Assembly (NCBI GenBank): GCA_965279375.1
Contig: OZ257156.1
Location: 3,424,001-3,488,000 of the forward strand
Direction: 5' to 3'
DNA: 64,000 nucleotides
Source: Gemmatimonas sp.
GTDB taxonomy: Bacteria > Gemmatimonadota > Gemmatimonadetes > Gemmatimonadales > Gemmatimonadaceae
Below, piece after piece: positions 46,879 to 54,816 of this stretch; within the stretch, counting starts at the first letter, position 1; each line of letters begins with the position of its first letter. The position numbers were made by a program, and so were the translations under genes. The notes under the pieces are model-generated. The model saw only the letters and a list, made by a program, of their open reading frames with translations. It did not search any database and had not been told where the DNA came from.

Positions 46879-49679
46879 TCATGATTGCAATTTCAACACG
46901 TCTCCTGTGCCGCCGCCTCGCGATGCTCACCGCCACTGGCGCGTTGTGTGCGCTCTATGCGGAAGGTCTCCGGGCTCAGGCGCGAAGTGCAGCACCCGGT
47001 AGCGTCTCTACAGGCGCCGCGACGCCCTTCGCCACACTCGATCGCAGCGGTGCGACTGCGGGCCCGTTGGCCGTGATGGTGTCAGTCGATGCGCGCAGTC
47101 GCGCCCGCGGAGAGGTCCTCGCGGACATCGCGAGGCAAGCCCATGTCTCCTTCGTGGCCGATCGGGCGCTGCCGGCGCTCCAGCAGCGTGTCACGCTGAC
47201 GATGCCTCGTGTCTCTGCGGGTGAAGCGTTGATGCGCGCGACCGATGGCGCGCCGCTGACGGTATTGGTCGGCCCTGGCGGTCAGATCGTGATCAAGGAC
47301 CGCCCGGCAGTCGCACCGGTGAAGCCGGATGCAGAGGGCCAGGAGCGACTGCGCATGACGGGATACATCCGCAACGCGGCCACACAGGAAGTGGTACGAC
47401 ATGCCTTCGTCGCCGCCGATGACGACGTTCGCCGTGAGAGCAATGAGGAGGGCTTCTACTTTCTCACGCTGACCGCTGGCGTGCATCGCATTCGGGTTCG
47501 CGCGCTCGGCTTCGCGCCGTTCGATACCACGCTCACGCTGCGTGACAACATCACGGTCGATCTGCAATTGGGCGCTGCCAACGTGACCCTCAGCGCGGTG
47601 AAGGTTCAGGCCAACAAGGGCGAACGCGCCGACCTCGACCCGCAGCTGCCGGACATGAGCGTCGTGCGTCTGGACCTCAAGACGGCAAAGAACGCGCCCG
47701 TTATGCTTGGTGAACCCGATGCCATTCGCACGCTGATGCTGTTGCCGGGCGTCTCCGCCGCGAGCGACGCGTCCACCAGCTTCAACGTGCGCGGTGGTGG
47801 CGCGGATCAGAATCTGATTCTGCTCGACGAATCCACGATCTACAATCCGGCGCACATCCTTGGCTTTCTCTCGGTGTTCAACTCCGACGCCATCGACGAC
47901 GTGACGCTGTACAAGGGAGCGATTCCTGCGCGTTTCGGCGGACGACTCTCGTCCGTGGTCGACATTCGGCAGCGCGAAGGCAATGCGAAGCAGTTCGTCG
48001 GCAATGCGTCAATCGGTCTGCTGTCCAGTCGCGCGTCGTACGAAGGCCCGCTGCCGGGCAATCGTGGCGCGTTCATGGTCGCCGCGCGGCGATCGTATGC
48101 CGATCTCTTTCTCGGCTTGGCCACCGACTCCACGCTGAAGGAGTCGGTCGCCTACTTCTACGACGTCAACGCCAAGGCGAGCCTGCGACTGGGCAAGAGT
48201 GGCGCACTGCTGCTCTCGGGCTATGGCGGGCGTGATCGATTCGCGCAGGGACGAGAGGTCTCCACCGGCTGGGGAAATCGCGCGGCCACGCTCCGATGGA
48301 ATCAGGCGATTGCGGGCCGTCTCTTCTCCAAGGTGACGTCAGCATGGAGCGACTACGACTATCGCCTCACCTTTCCCGTCGTGACGCGCGATACCGTCTC
48401 GTGGGTTGCGGGCATTCGCAGCCTGGATGTGAAAGTCGACGAGGTGCTCAATCTCACAGATCGCAATCGACTGGAGTTCGGTGCGGAGCTCATAGGGCAG
48501 GAGTTCCGCCCCGGTGAGATCGGTCCCACCGGCCGTTCCACGGTCAAGCGTGACTCCATCGAGACGCGGCACGGCCTCTCCAGCGCGTACTACCTTGGCC
48601 AGGAGCTCGATCTCGGCGACCGCGTGTCGGTGCGATACGGATTGCGCTACGCCAGCTTTGCGCGTGTCGGCGCGGCCACCATCTACCGCTACGCCAACAA
48701 CGCACCGGTCACGTACAATCGTGTGCTCGGCCGTTATGAGCCCAGCAAGCCGATCGACAGCACACGATACGCCGAGGGGAAAACTGTCTCGAGCGACGAC
48801 GGATTCGAGCCGCGATTCTCCGCGCGATTCTCGCTCTCACCGCAGACGAGTCTCAAGGCGTCGTACGCCCGCACGCGGCAGTATCTGCAGCTGGCTTCAC
48901 GCACCAACTCGCCCACGCCACTCGATGTGTGGGAGCCGGTGGGGCCTTACATCCAGCCGCAACAGTCCGATCAATACGCCATCGGCTTGAGTAGCGCGCG
49001 TACCGGATGGGAGCTTTCCGCCGAGGCGTATTACAAGCACTCGGACAACGTCATCGATTTCATCGACGGCGCCGACATCATCTTCAACAAAAAGCTCGAG
49101 ACGCAGTTGGTGCAGGGCGACGGTCGCGCGTACGGTCTCGAACTGTTTGCCCGACGTCAACGCGGTCGCCTCACCGGGTGGCTGAGTTACACGTTGAGCC
49201 GCGCCGAGCAGCGCGTGGTTGCCCCGATAGCCAGCACCAACGGCGCGCGAGAAGGGATCAACGGCGGTCGCTTTTATGCGTCGCCGTTCGACAAGACGCA
49301 CAATCTCTCCGCGGTCGGTGTGTACACGCTCAGCCCCAAGTGGACCGTCGGTGCGACGTTCTCACTCGCCAGTGGATTGCCGGCCACGTTTCCGGTCTCG
49401 AGATACGTGGTGGACGGACTGCTCGTCGCAGAGTTCGGCGAGCGCAACGCGAACCGCTTGCCCGTCTACCATCGACTCGATCTGAGCGCCACGCGAAAGC
49501 TCGGCCGCGGCGAGCTGCAGTTCGGCGTCTTGAACGCGTACAACCGATTCAATGCGCAGTCGATTCGCTTTCGTCAGGCGGAGCGCGACGCCCGCGTCGG
49601 CGAGGCGGTGCAACTGTCCGTGTTCGGCATCGTGCCGAGCATCAGCTATCAGTTCCGATTCTCGGGGAAGCCGCAATGA
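46875..49679 (+). CDS. TonB-dependent receptor with N-terminal signalling (STN-like) and CarboxypepD-like domains
   Basis: GEPD.IRTL.LLPGV, FNVRGGGADQNLILLD, KGAIPARFGGRLSSV, YHRLDLS, GIVPSISYQF. Confidence 0.9.
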   Translation: MIMIAISTRLLCRRLAMLTATGALCALYAEGLRAQARSAAPGSVSTGAATPFATLDRSGATAGPLAVMVSVDARSRARGEVLADIARQAHVSFVADRALPALQQRVTLTMPRVSAGEALMRATDGAPLTVLVGPGGQIVIKDRPAVAPVKPDAEGQERLRMTGYIRNAATQEVVRHAFVAADDDVRRESNEEGFYFLTLTAGVHRIRVRALGFAPFDTTLTLRDNITVDLQLGAANVTLSAVKVQANKGERADLDPQLPDMSVVRLDLKTAKNAPVMLGEPDAIRTLMLLPGVSAASDASTSFNVRGGGADQNLILLDESTIYNPAHILGFLSVFNSDAIDDVTLYKGAIPARFGGRLSSVVDIRQREGNAKQFVGNASIGLLSSRASYEGPLPGNRGAFMVAARRSYADLFLGLATDSTLKESVAYFYDVNAKASLRLGKSGALLLSGYGGRDRFAQGREVSTGWGNRAATLRWNQAIAGRLFSKVTSAWSDYDYRLTFPVVTRDTVSWVAGIRSLDVKVDEVLNLTDRNRLEFGAELIGQEFRPGEIGPTGRSTVKRDSIETRHGLSSAYYLGQELDLGDRVSVRYGLRYASFARVGAATIYRYANNAPVTYNRVLGRYEPSKPIDSTRYAEGKTVSSDDGFEPRFSARFSLSPQTSLKASYARTRQYLQLASRTNSPTPLDVWEPVGPYIQPQQSDQYAIGLSSARTGWELSAEAYYKHSDNVIDFIDGADIIFNKKLETQLVQGDGRAYGLELFARRQRGRLTGWLSYTLSRAEQRVVAPIASTNGAREGINGGRFYASPFDKTHNLSAVGVYTLSPKWTVGATFSLASGLPATFPVSRYVVDGLLVAEFGERNANRLPVYHRLDLSATRKLGRGELQFGVLNAYNRFNAQSIRFRQAERDARVGEAVQLSVFGIVPSISYQFRFSGKPQ

Positions 49680-50545
49680 ACAATTGGCATAGTCCGCTGC
49701 GCGGTGCAGTCGCCCTACTCGCGTCGTGCGCGCTGATCGCGTGCGAGCGCGTCGTCAGCGTGGAGACCCCGGAAGATGTCGAGCGGCTGGTTGTGGAGGC
49801 GCGACTCGAGCGCGTGCAGGGTCGCGTGAGCGGCCGACAGCAGATTCGCTTGACCTTGTCGGACAGCTACTTCAGCAACGCACCGCAGCCGGTCGCTCGC
49901 GGTGCGGCCGTGCTGGTGCGCAGCAGTGCGGGGGACTCGGCGCGATTCGCGGAGTCGGCGACGGAGCCCGGCGTCTACGAGACCTCGTCGCTGGTGGTGC
50001 AGGCGGGGCGCACCTACACGCTGCGCATCGACTACTCAGGTGACCGCTACGAATCGGTCGAGAAGGCACTGCACGCGCCAGCGATCGACTCGCTGTTCTT
50101 CGCGCCGCGCAAGTCGAGTGTCGGTCCGAAGGAGGGGCTTCGTGCGACGATCATCGCGCGCGACTTTCCGGGCGAGGACAACTGGTACCTGTGGGATCAG
50201 TACGTGGATGGCCGTCGTTTAACCGCTGATGACTCCACGGCACCGAGGCGATCGATCGGTTCAGACCTGCTCATCGACGGGCGCGATGTCCTCGACTTCC
50301 AGCCGTATGAGGCGCAGGTGGTCAAGCCGGGTGAGACGGTGCTCGTGCGGCAAATGGCGCTGTCTGAGTCGCTCTTTCGCTACTTCAGCGCGTTGTCCGA
50401 GCAGACCGGCAACGACGGATCGCCCTTTGGTGTGCCCGCGGCGAGCCTGCGCGGCAACGTCGCCAATCTCACGAATCCTGCGCGTCGTCCGCTCGGATAT
50501 TTCATGGTTACCGAAGTCGCGGAGGCATCGGCGCGCGTTCCGTGA
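49676..50545 (+). CDS. DUF4249 family lipoprotein
   Basis: LIACERVV lipobox, LVVEARL, PF..P...GNV.N, LGYF; ATGA overlap with the TBDR. Confidence 0.85.
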   Translation: MNNWHSPLRGAVALLASCALIACERVVSVETPEDVERLVVEARLERVQGRVSGRQQIRLTLSDSYFSNAPQPVARGAAVLVRSSAGDSARFAESATEPGVYETSSLVVQAGRTYTLRIDYSGDRYESVEKALHAPAIDSLFFAPRKSSVGPKEGLRATIIARDFPGEDNWYLWDQYVDGRRLTADDSTAPRRSIGSDLLIDGRDVLDFQPYEAQVVKPGETVLVRQMALSESLFRYFSALSEQTGNDGSPFGVPAASLRGNVANLTNPARRPLGYFMVTEVAEASARVP

Positions 50546-50672
50546 GAACGATGTGATGACACCGGCCGTCCCAGAATCATACGGCTGATGCTATCGCGAG
50601 CGTTGCAAGCTGTGCATAATCTGGGAGGAGTCGCCGTTATTGCTGTGAATGTGCCCTCCACCCCTCCCTCCT

Positions 50673-51533
50673 ATGCCACAGCTGCGTTGGTCCTCGTACG
50701 TCGGCGTGATCGGCTGCGCGCTCGCATCTTCCCTCGGCGCGCAGGCCAAGCCTGCGGCTCGCGCGATGGCGAAGTCGCCTGCAGTTCCGGTGGTTGAAGT
50801 CGAAGCGATGGATTTCGCGTTCAAGGTGCCTGCCACCGCGCCGGCCGGGCTCGTCACCATTCGTCTCAAGAACACCGGTAAGTCGCTGCATCACGTGCAG
50901 CTCGCACGCATGAATCCGGGGCAGACGCTCGCGGATTTCATGACGCAGCTTCGCAAGCAGCCCGGCTCGGCGAATTGGCGTGAAGCGGAGGGAGGGCCGA
51001 CCTCCGCGATCGGTGGACAGGTCCTCGAGACGCAGATGATTCTGGCGCCCGGCACGTATGCCGTGTGGTGCTGGATTCCGTCGCAGGATGGGTCACCGCA
51101 CTACATGAAGGGCATGTACAGCAAGATCGAGGTGACGGGCTCGTCGTCCTCCAAGGCGTCCGTGGGCAAGGGCGATGTGAAGGTGACGCTCTCCGACTAC
51201 GAGTACACGCTCAGTGCCGCGCCGACAGTGGGCATTCAGACGTGGCGCATCGAGAACGTTGGGCCGCAGTCGCACGAGGTGACGCTGGTCAAGCTCGATC
51301 GCGGCAAGACGGCGTTAGATGTGCTCAAGTGGTACGAAGATGGACAGCGTACCGAGGCACCGGGGCGCATGGTTGGCGGTACGTCCACCATCGCAGCTGG
51401 TCGTGCCGTCACGTCGAAGTTCGACCTCGGTCCGGGCGAGTACGCATTGCTCTGCTTCACGCCCGAGCATCTCAACGGATCGGGAAAGCCGCACGCCGAC
51501 ATGGGAATGATGAAGACCATCTCGGTGCGTTGA
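50673..51533 (+). CDS. Secreted tandem-cupredoxin (two-domain blue copper) protein
   Basis: Two domains, each with His...C-x(n)-H-x4-M: HHV...WCWIPSQDGSPHYMKGM and SHEV...LCFTPEHLNGSGKPHADMGM. Confidence 0.8.
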   Translation: MPQLRWSSYVGVIGCALASSLGAQAKPAARAMAKSPAVPVVEVEAMDFAFKVPATAPAGLVTIRLKNTGKSLHHVQLARMNPGQTLADFMTQLRKQPGSANWREAEGGPTSAIGGQVLETQMILAPGTYAVWCWIPSQDGSPHYMKGMYSKIEVTGSSSSKASVGKGDVKVTLSDYEYTLSAAPTVGIQTWRIENVGPQSHEVTLVKLDRGKTALDVLKWYEDGQRTEAPGRMVGGTSTIAAGRAVTSKFDLGPGEYALLCFTPEHLNGSGKPHADMGMMKTISVR

Positions 51534-51542
51534 ACTGACGCA

Positions 51543-51854
51543 CTAGCGCGCACCGAAGTCGCGTTTACGCTCGGCGGTGTAGTGCCACCAGGGATGCGGC
51601 GGTGCGCCTTCCATGAAGCGCACCGTCGCGATCAAGACATCGGCGACGCACGGATCCTGACGCGTGTTAGTGAGCACACACAGTCGGTCGTACAGCGCGT
51701 ACGGATCCTGTCCGATGAGTGCGGCCGGCGACTCGAAGCCCAGCTGCCGAAAGTCCCCGGCGGAGGCAGGCCCGATGTTGGGCAGATCTTCGAAGCGCGT
51801 GATGCTGGTGCGGTCCTCGGGATACGTGCGTCCCGCTTTGCGTCGCGTAGCCAC
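51543..51854 (-). CDS. Helix-hairpin-helix protein, Cdd1 / mitomycin-resistance-like family
   Basis: DLPNIGPA, GQDPYALYDRLC, QDPCV.D, PWWHYTAERK; GGAGG RBS. Confidence 0.85.
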   Translation of the reverse strand: MATRRKAGRTYPEDRTSITRFEDLPNIGPASAGDFRQLGFESPAALIGQDPYALYDRLCVLTNTRQDPCVADVLIATVRFMEGAPPHPWWHYTAERKRDFGAR

Positions 51855-51886
51855 CTGGCCTCCACTGGTTGAGCGTGAGATAGACG

Positions 51887-51920
51887 AAGGGCCGCCTCGG
51901 CATGCCGAGACGGCCCTTTT
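51887..51920. terminator. Intrinsic terminator hairpin
   Basis: aagggccgcctcgg-catg-ccgagacggccctt. The stem is fully paired, with one G.U, only in the minus-strand RNA. Confidence 0.7.
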
Positions 51921-51962
51921 GTCCTGTGCCAGCTCGAGACGATGCCCGAACCGGAACCCGAA

Positions 51963-52028
51963 TTACCGGGCGTCGATCAGGAGATCGTTTGCCCAGGCCG
52001 AGCCGGCAAAGGGACGGGATTTAGACAA
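51963..52028 (-). CDS. Putative 21-aa small protein MSKSRPFAGSAWANDLLIDAR
   Basis: TTG start 7 nt after GGAGG within AGGAGGTGATC; TAA stop; terminator about 45 nt downstream. Confidence 0.45.
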   Translation of the reverse strand: MSKSRPFAGSAWANDLLIDAR

Positions 52029-52411
52029 TTGATCACCTCCTGATAAAAAAGGGTGGGACTTCGGGCGGAAACCGAGATCCAGCAGGTCGTACAACGGCAG
52101 CTACAACTGCAACAGCACGCGGCGCTCCTCCGCGATGAGGCCAGAGTATGAAGATCGTCGGCTCTTCGCAAGTCGGAAGTTTCCGACATTGCAGCCATCT
52201 CGCACTGCTTTGTGATGTGCCTCGCATCCAGTCCCCACGGGTCATGCTGCGTTGCCGCGCGGATGGTTGGCGCACAACATTCTGCGCGACGGAAACGCTC
52301 CCCGCGCCGACGCCACGTCGGCTCCGCCGCTGCCTGTACCCTGAGACATCGCTGAGACCCCCACCTATGCACACAGTTCATTCGGCGCATGAACCGCGCG
52401 TCATCCGCTTG

Positions 52412-54634
52412 ATGCACGCGCGTTCGCTCGCTGGTCCCGCCGCGGCCCTGATCGCGGCCGCGCTGGCAGCACCACTTGCTGCACCGCTGCACGCGCAGTC
52501 CAAGGCACCGCGCCCGATGGCGCTCGCTGATTGGTATCGTGTGAACACCGTCAGTTCTCCGACCATCTCGCCCGACGGCAAGCGCATCGCGATGACGGTG
52601 ACCAGCGTGAAGGAATCGGAGAATCGTCGCCACAACGAGGTGTGGGTGGTGGGCGTGAACGGCGGCGCGCCGGAGCGCTGGACGTCGCCGAGTACGGAGA
52701 GCGCGAACCCACGATGGTCGGCGGACGGCAAGTATCTGTTCTTCACCTCGCAGCGACCGGGTGGGAAGGGGAATACGTGGGCCGTGCGACTCGATCAGCC
52801 GGGTGGCGAAGCGATCCAGCTGGAGACGTACCCCAACGGCTCGATGCCATCGAATGGTGCATTCGCCGTGTTCTCTGAGCCGGCCAGGCTCGACAGCGCT
52901 CGAAGCGCGCCTGATCCCTTCGCGCGCATGCAGCCGATGGCACATCCGACGTACGACGCGATCACGCGCCCGGCCGATGCCGCGCGGTTCGACGGACGTC
53001 ACGTGACGGACATGTCGTACAAGGTGAACGGTGCGGGCTTCGTGCCCGGGCGTCGTGTGGCGCGGAGCTGGCGTCCGCAGCAGCTGTGGCGTCAGACGGT
53101 TGGCGACACCGCCAAGCGCATGCTCACCAACACGAAGTACTCGCATCGGTCGGCCACGGTATCGCCGGACGGATCGTTGATCGCGTTTCTCGCGGACGCG
53201 AAGCTGCGTCCCGATTCGGTGGTGGATCTCGAGCGTGATTCGTTGGCGAAGCTGCCGTACAACAAGGTGCGCGACGAGGCGGAACGAAACGACGTGGACA
53301 TCTACGTCATGAGCGCCAACGGCGGTGAGCCGCGCAAGGTGACGGAGTGGATGGGCGCGGAGTCGAACCTCGCGTGGTCGGCGGACGGCAAGACGCTGGC
53401 GTTCGTTGGGCGACCGGGCCGTGTGCAGTCATCTCGCCTGTACACGGTGAGTGTCGATGGCGGCGCGCCCAAGAATCTGATTGGCACATGGCAGTACGAG
53501 CCGAGCGACTTCGAATGGCTGCCGAATGGCCGGCTGATGTTCGCCGCGGAGATTGGCGGACGCACGGCGCTTCTCGAAGCGGATCTGACTGGCAAGGCGG
53601 CGCCGAAGGAGATCGTGGGAGGCCGGCGGCAGTTGCGCGGCATGGCGTTCGATCCGTCGGGCAAGCTGATGGCGTACACCAGCACGTCGATGACCAAGCC
53701 GACAGAGCTGTTCGTCGCGAATGCGGATGGAACGGGCGAGCGTCAGCTCACGAACTTCAACGCCGACGTGAACGCTGAGGTCGCGTGGAGCGACGCGGAG
53801 CGCTTCACGTACAAGAGCGTCGGGAACCTCGAGATCGAAGGCTGGCTGATGAAGCCGCACGGCTACGAGGCGGGAAAGAAGTATCCGATGGTGATCTACA
53901 TCCACGGCGGTCCGCACTCATCGTATGGCGAAGGCTGGTTCGACGAGTTCCAGAATCTGGCGGCGCAGGGGATGTTCGTGCTCTTCACGAATCCGCGCGG
54001 CTCGAGCGGCTACGGCGCACCGTTCACGTACAGCACGCGCGGCCGCTGGGGCATGGAAGACTATGAAGACCTGATGAAGGCGGTGGACATCGTCGCCAAG
54101 CGTCCGGACGTCGACTCCACCCGCATGGGCGCGACCGGTGGCTCGTACGGCGGCTTCATGACCACGTGGCTGGCGACCAAGACACAGCGCTTCAAGGCGA
54201 TCGAGACCGACCGCACGATCACCGACTGGACGTACTGGTACGGCTCGAGCGATGCGCAGGGGCTGACCGAGTTCGAGTTCTACGGCAAGCCGTGGGACAA
54301 CCAGAAGCTCTACGACACGCTCTCGCCCATTCGCTACGTGAGCAAGGTGAAGACGCCGATGTTGCTGGTGCAGAGCGAGGAAGATCATCGCACGCCGATG
54401 GGCAGCGCGGAGATCTGGTTCATGTCGCTCAAGAAGCAGGGCGTGCCGGTGGAAATGGTGCGTTACCCGCGCTCCACACATGACCTGTCGCGCACCGGCG
54501 AGCCGTGGCTGCTCGTTGACCGTCTCGGCCGCATCCGCCAGTGGTTTGCGTACTGGCTGCAGGGCGAGAAGCCCAAGGATCCGCCGGTCACGCGCGCGCG
54601 GCGGCCGGGGCCTCGCAGCCGTAACGGCGGATAA
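52412..54634 (+). CDS. S9 family peptidase (acylaminoacyl/dipeptidyl peptidase) with PD40 propeller
   Basis: Signal LHA-Q, SPDG/SADG repeats, IHGGPH, NPRGSSGYG, GGSYGG, EEDHRTP, STHDL. An alternative start lies at 52367. Confidence 0.92.
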   Translation: MHARSLAGPAAALIAAALAAPLAAPLHAQSKAPRPMALADWYRVNTVSSPTISPDGKRIAMTVTSVKESENRRHNEVWVVGVNGGAPERWTSPSTESANPRWSADGKYLFFTSQRPGGKGNTWAVRLDQPGGEAIQLETYPNGSMPSNGAFAVFSEPARLDSARSAPDPFARMQPMAHPTYDAITRPADAARFDGRHVTDMSYKVNGAGFVPGRRVARSWRPQQLWRQTVGDTAKRMLTNTKYSHRSATVSPDGSLIAFLADAKLRPDSVVDLERDSLAKLPYNKVRDEAERNDVDIYVMSANGGEPRKVTEWMGAESNLAWSADGKTLAFVGRPGRVQSSRLYTVSVDGGAPKNLIGTWQYEPSDFEWLPNGRLMFAAEIGGRTALLEADLTGKAAPKEIVGGRRQLRGMAFDPSGKLMAYTSTSMTKPTELFVANADGTGERQLTNFNADVNAEVAWSDAERFTYKSVGNLEIEGWLMKPHGYEAGKKYPMVIYIHGGPHSSYGEGWFDEFQNLAAQGMFVLFTNPRGSSGYGAPFTYSTRGRWGMEDYEDLMKAVDIVAKRPDVDSTRMGATGGSYGGFMTTWLATKTQRFKAIETDRTITDWTYWYGSSDAQGLTEFEFYGKPWDNQKLYDTLSPIRYVSKVKTPMLLVQSEEDHRTPMGSAEIWFMSLKKQGVPVEMVRYPRSTHDLSRTGEPWLLVDRLGRIRQWFAYWLQGEKPKDPPVTRARRPGPRSRNGG

Positions 54635-54648
54635 AGCGGATAGAAACA

Positions 54649-54786
54649 GACAACAGCCGAACTGCGGTCACGGATAAGAGCTGATCTTTACCACGGAGCG
54701 CAGGGATCTGTCCCGTGTGTCGGAAAGATCCCTGCGCTCCGCTCTGAGAATCAGTTGTTATCCGCGACCGCAGTTCGGCTGTTGTC
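54649..54786. repeat. Nested long inverted repeat (REP/MITE-like palindrome)
   Basis: Outer arms 54649-54685 and 54750-54786 match at 34 of 37 nt; inner arms 54694-54709 and 54726-54741 match at 16 of 16 nt. Confidence 0.9.
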
Positions 54787-54816
54787 CGTTCGTATCGCAG
54801 TTAAAATCCGGTGCAC

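Noticed and set aside
52031..52041. GATCACCTCCT as a 16S rRNA 3'-end fragment
   Set aside because: No other rRNA sequence flanks it; it is better read as an SD on the opposite strand.
54649..54786. CRISPR array or IS element
   Set aside because: The repeats are inverted rather than direct with spacers, and there is no cas gene or transposase ORF.
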